From an uncultured Spirochaetota bacterium (lineage in GTDB: Bacteria > Spirochaetota > Brevinematia > Brevinematales > JAOACQ01), in NCBI GenBank assembly GCA_963783575.1, contig CAWAOD010000004.1, positions 258,056 to 322,055 on the forward strand: 64,000 bases of DNA. The letters are read 5' to 3'. Both the position numbers and the translations under genes were made by a program. The stretch's first letter is position 1. Each line of letters opens with the position of its first letter. The notes below the pieces were generated by a model. That model did not search any database. It saw only the letters and a list, made by a program, of their open reading frames with translations, and had not been told where the DNA came from. This document shows, piece after piece, positions 61,701-64,000 of the stretch.

Positions 61701-62347
61701 ATATATGCCGCCTGTACCGGCGGGATGTTGAAAAACAAAGGGTCGAACTTGTCCACATCGTCCAGGAACCCGCCCCACTTCGCGTAGGTCTTGCCCGGCT
61801 TGTTTTTATCTTCATCGAAATACCTGCTGTGGTCCCACCTCTCCTTCGGTACCTCCGTTATGCAATCCACTCCCTGCCTCAAATTATCCCAGAACTCCTT
61901 CAGGTTTTTCGCTTTGGGATACCGCCCAGCAAGCCCTATGATCGCTATATCCAAGTCCTCCTTTTTCGCCGCGGTTTCATGTTTTATCCTACGCCGCGGG
62001 GAATATTTTCGCGTATTAATTGATATTCTTTCATCCTTGATGTTTCCCAGGGCCGCCAGCGGCGCCTTTTCCGCCATGCCCATTATTCTCAGCAGCGCGT
62101 CATAATGGTTTTCTATGAAATATCCCGCCAATTCATTAATATTCTTATATTCAAAAAACAGCGTCTTCGATAACGGCCCGAAATCCTTCTCCAGATTATT
62201 TGTCATCTGTATGACCATGATCGAGTCTATCCCGTATTTCTCAAACGGGTCACGCGGCTCTATTCTATTCGTCGGGATTTTCGTGACCGCGGACAGGTAT
62301 TTTTTGAAATAGCTCTCCGCTTTCTCCAGAACTTCTTCTCGGCTCAC
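55625..62347 (-). CDS. trans-AT PKS, N-terminal part: ACP-KS-DH0-KR-ACP-KS; frameshift near 55675 joins it to the 48220-55737 ORF
   Basis: GIDSI; DTMCSS/HGTGT/KSNIGH; GGAGGLG; GFDSI; TACSS/HGTGT/KTHLGH; no AT after either KS; LPTYPFAQEHY(W) split by an extra T. Confidence 0.92.
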   Translation of the reverse strand: MSREEVLEKAESYFKKYLSAVTKIPTNRIEPRDPFEKYGIDSIMVIQMTNNLEKDFGPLSKTLFFEYKNINELAGYFIENHYDALLRIMGMAEKAPLAALGNIKDERISINTRKYSPRRRIKHETAAKKEDLDIAIIGLAGRYPKAKNLKEFWDNLRQGVDCITEVPKERWDHSRYFDEDKNKPGKTYAKWGGFLDDVDKFDPLFFNIPPVQAAYMDPQERLFLECVYETLEDAGYRREAQEGDNGGGIGGEVGVYVGVMYEEYQLYGAQLTAKGRPVAIPGNPSSIANMASYFFNFHGPSVALDTMCSSSLTAMHMACSGIRNGECGLAIAGGVNVSIHPNKYLMLAQGKFVSSKGRCESFGEGGDGYVPGEGVGAVLLKPLPKAIEDRDHIYGIIKATELNHGGKTNGYTVPNPKAQSEVIGKAFKKAGINPRTISYIEAHGTGTSLGDPIEISGLTRAFAEYTQDRQFCAIGSVKSNIGHCESAAGISGVTKVLLQMKNRKLVPSLHSGVLNPNIDFSKTPFTVQHELTEWKRPVIEIDGKTEEYPRIAGISSFGAGGANAHVIIEEYEAKEDNKDKKGINNPSIIVLSAKSKEQAREQAVNLLRDIEENEYTDMDLENISYTLQVGREAMEERLGLIVSSTEELKRKLKEYIDGKQDIEDLYEGQAKRNKEALSVFTADEELQKAVDSWIGKGKYGKLLDLWVKGLEFDWDRLYGGEKPKRVSLPTYPFARERYWIPESEMKFIESDFQDDRPNLHPLLHENTSIISEQRYAAIIKGNESYLLKNAIKDQKIIPGFICLEMAYDAIKEAFEIIQEEYETRICIKNIIWNKPCILNKQPKQIHIRLVPENNGEVNYEIYGKKEDSGNEETFNSGNIGFLSNNNLPVMNIGALRDDCRQKTISGEDFYKIFKDKGIEYNEKNKGIAEIFTGKDKVFAKLVLHSSSSNSDKFTLQPVLLEAALQASAALSIESEKKDINFPVSMKKFNVFGRCGEEMWAYIRYGTGNIKAGEIRDMDIDIIDESGKICISMIGIKTGIVKDLISSSETSFPLDKFIIKPYWTEEEVTNQSTSTEYKNHKIYFCEPDNLFIKDIPYLLKDEYIIFHSESDDISKRFEDYAIRLFEDIKKFFEGNPKDKFLIQVVVFDRGEKILFSALAGLLKTAVQENQKLVAQLIEIGPEEDTKEAFQKIKDTVVSPDEFHIRYQDNKRYLLGLRKEDLSQTGAGIPWKDGGVYLITGGAGGLGFIFAKEIAQKVKKAVVVLTGRSELTEEKQNQLNGLKKFDAEIIYKQVDVVDAEEINDLIKSIGNDFGNLTGIIHSAGVLHDNFIVKKNGEEVHKVMAPKVAGLVNIDLAAKDQPLDFFIVFSSIASVFGNPGQADYAAANNFMDVYAKYRNEKVLAKERSGQTISINWPLWKEGGMGVDEWTEKRITERSGMVSMRSETGIQALNRGLALKADQIIVLEGDPSRLNRFLKLLKVRESNDQLLLNEDSSIKKQVKTSGKGRRPEMKGLSLEECIIWNIKEIISKLFQYPKEKIDLDINFKDFGFDSISLGRFADNISSLYDIDFTPALFFTYPTIEELTKYFLAEHKTLIQEYYGKDIIIKDAPAIEDTSVKKTAFNISRMMRGGIVQSQNEPIAIIGMSGRFPQAGNVDELWNILEEGKEAVREIPPERFDWRKFTESPDWAFGKDIWKCGYLSRVDEFDPLFFQISPREAEIMDPRQRLLLQESWKALEDAGYGPAQINKYKIGMFVGVEPGDYQYITGGNTSVTSNHEGILAARLAYFLDLHGPNMAINTACSSGLVAAHQACMSLRNGECDTAIAAGVNILLTPTIYLGMIQSGMLSPDGRCYAFDKRANGMVVGEAVAAVVLKTLSKAEADGDPIYAVIKGSGINYDGKTNGITAPNGLSQTNLLKMVYDRYKINPEEIGCVFTHGTGTALGDPVEINALNDAYKAYTSKEQYCAIVSIKTHLGHTFAASGIVNLISLILAFRHRTIPASLNIESENDYINWKNSPFFVNKSRKLWLAGEGGSLTGAVSAFGMSGTNAHMVLESYERKGDAFFEKAPYYILTLSAKTEDALKLKISDMVKFLNNRDVSEYSLPRVSRTLLTGRHHFEYRCAIVVNEIEDALYLLRQIDGEDKPPNVFRGKTPRGFKGQKAIKKYIQDLLDEGKSLHSKPDQYMDNLYALADFYCQGYSIAWDSLFGETGPARCALPTYPFAQEHYLGVRQRGTKLYTGDRE

Positions 62348-62529
62348 CTTAGTACATCTATTTGTCCAGTTCGATTCAATACTTCTTTGCGGTTATTTAT
62401 TTTATTTAACGAAGGTATTATTTCCCCGTCAGATTGACTACTAACCGTTTTCAATAATTCCGCGGCTTCCCTAATATTGATTTTTTTCTCTTTTATCTGA
62501 TTGTATATACTATTTAATTTATTATTCAT
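62344..62529 (-). CDS. probable N-terminal docking segment of the same PKS (frameshifted near 62350)
   Basis: MNNKLNSIYNQIKEKKINIREAAELLK helical docking-like sequence; GGAGG RBS upstream; overlaps the GTG start of the next ORF. Confidence 0.6.
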   Translation of the reverse strand: MNNKLNSIYNQIKEKKINIREAAELLKTVSSQSDGEIIPSLNKINNRKEVLNRTGQIDVLR

Positions 62530-62648
62530 TTTTTAATATTACCTCCGGTAATAATTATTCTAATTATTTCCTGTCATTAATATTTGTTCAATCTTCTCCA
62601 GAGATATTTCGCCATTTAAATATTTTTCTGGAAAGATTTATATAAAAT

Positions 62649-64000
62649 TCAATCGTTATTGCCTTTATTTTTAAAATTATCTTCCGATTGTTCATGCCTG
62701 ATAATATTCGATCTAATAATCTCCCTCAATTTATCCTCATAGCCGTTTATTACCATGACCTGATCTCTATCCCCCGCCAGGCTTTTATAAAACGCCTTTA
62801 TGCCTTCGCTCGCCGGCATCGCCGTCATACCCGAGTTTTGCCTCATAAATTTCTCTTCCCCGGGACTTACCTTCATCCCTCCCTCAGCCCACAACGGCCA
62901 GTTTATGGAAACGGTCTTTCCCTTTCTTTCCTTTTTACCAGCCAGCATGTTCCTGCGCTCCGCGTATCGGTCCATAAACCCGTTCGCAATCGCGTAATCC
63001 GCCTGCCCGACATTCCCCATCACTCCCGCCATTGACGAGAACAGCGCGAAGAAGTCCAATTCCATATCTTTCGCCGCATCATCGATATTCACCAGCCCCC
63101 TTACCTTCGGGCCCAGCACCGATCCTATCTCATCCTCCGTCTTCTTCATGATCAGGCTGTCTTCGATCACTCCGGCCGAATGGATTATCCCGTTTATACC
63201 ACCGTATTCCCCAGCTATCCCCTTTATCATTCCCTCCACGGCTTCTTTATCCGTTACATCCGCCTCTCTATAGCTGACACGGCCTCCCGCTTCACTCAGC
63301 GCCTTTATCGCCTCCATCTTTTCCTTATTTAATTTCGATCTCCCCGTCAGGATCAGCGCCGGGTTCTTCACCTTTCCGCATATCTCCCTCGCGAATATCA
63401 GGCCAAGACCGCCCAGGCCCCCGGTTACCAGGTACACACCGTTATCCTTCCAGGGAAGTTGTTCTGCCGCGTCTTCCGGTATCTTTACCTCTTCCCATTG
63501 CCTTACCTTCCTCTTCCCCCCTTCATACCTGATTTCTTTATCATAATACCTCTTTTTATTACTCTTAAGCTTTTCTGCCAATCCTCCGGCGCTTTCATCC
63601 GCTTCAATCCCGATCACCTGTCCCGATATCTTCGGGTTCTCAAGCTTTCCCGTCTTCAACGCGCCCGATATCCCCTATATGATCCTTCCGTCTTCATCAT
63701 TATTCACTACAAGCTGTATTAATACCCTTCCCTTCGGCTTGCTAACGATCACTTCCCTTAGAATTTTAAATACCTCCATTCTGGATCTTCTCTCATACCT
63801 CTTTTCTATCCCCTCGCCCAGTCCCTCCAGAACATAACATTCCGATCCCCAACCTCTCTCCTCCTTTCTCTCTCTTCCAGGCTCGCACAGCATCACTATA
63901 TGCCTGGAGATATCCGCCTCTCTGTCCCCTGCCTCTATTTCCCTCTCCTCCCACCCCGGCTGAAACCTTAATGTGCCAATCACCGGGGGTTCCTCTCCGG
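62649..64000 (-). CDS. C-terminal KR domain of the upstream trans-AT PKS (partial; in-frame TAG at 63675-63677)
   Basis: TGGLGGLG, HSAGVIED, GQADYAIAN and SINWPLW motifs; ORFs 63675-63983 and 62649-63659 are in the same frame. Confidence 0.85.

Noticed and set aside
60068..63722. Numerous plus-strand ORFs (up to 189 aa) opposite the PKS
   Set aside because: Antisense shadows arising from the codon bias of the PKS genes; no recognisable domains.

Overview
Low-GC (AT-rich) bacterial chromosome segment, most likely from an anaerobe. Spirochaetota is my tentative guess, from the extended RodA, the LA_2272-like repeat protein and a LacI-sensor/MCP fusion. The window has three blocks. (1) 1-17 kb: envelope and housekeeping genes (uppP, rodA, riboflavin synthase, aminopeptidase), an IS1182-family element, a soluble chemoreceptor, and two small HEAT/DUF operons that share an identical CTGACA-N6-TGTCAG-N11-TATAAT promoter architecture. 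(2) 17.3-29.3 kb: a CODH/acetyl-CoA synthase operon (cooC-cooS-cooF-FNOR-acsB-acsD-acsC-acsV) that lacks acsE and is headed by a folate-independent 'core' methionine synthase, suggesting a dedicated acetyl-CoA-to-methionine methyl shunt. (3) 32.8-64 kb: the distal end of a large trans-AT polyketide synthase cluster. It has a beta-branching cassette, a glycerate-derived hydroxymalonyl-ACP cassette, trans-AT, proofreading and ER enzymes, an MFS exporter and an IS1380 insertion. Its terminal PKS has an acyltransferase inserted between KR and ACP, degenerate DH domains and a reductive release domain. Several frameshifts or premature stops, mostly in the PKS cluster, are either assembly errors or decay.
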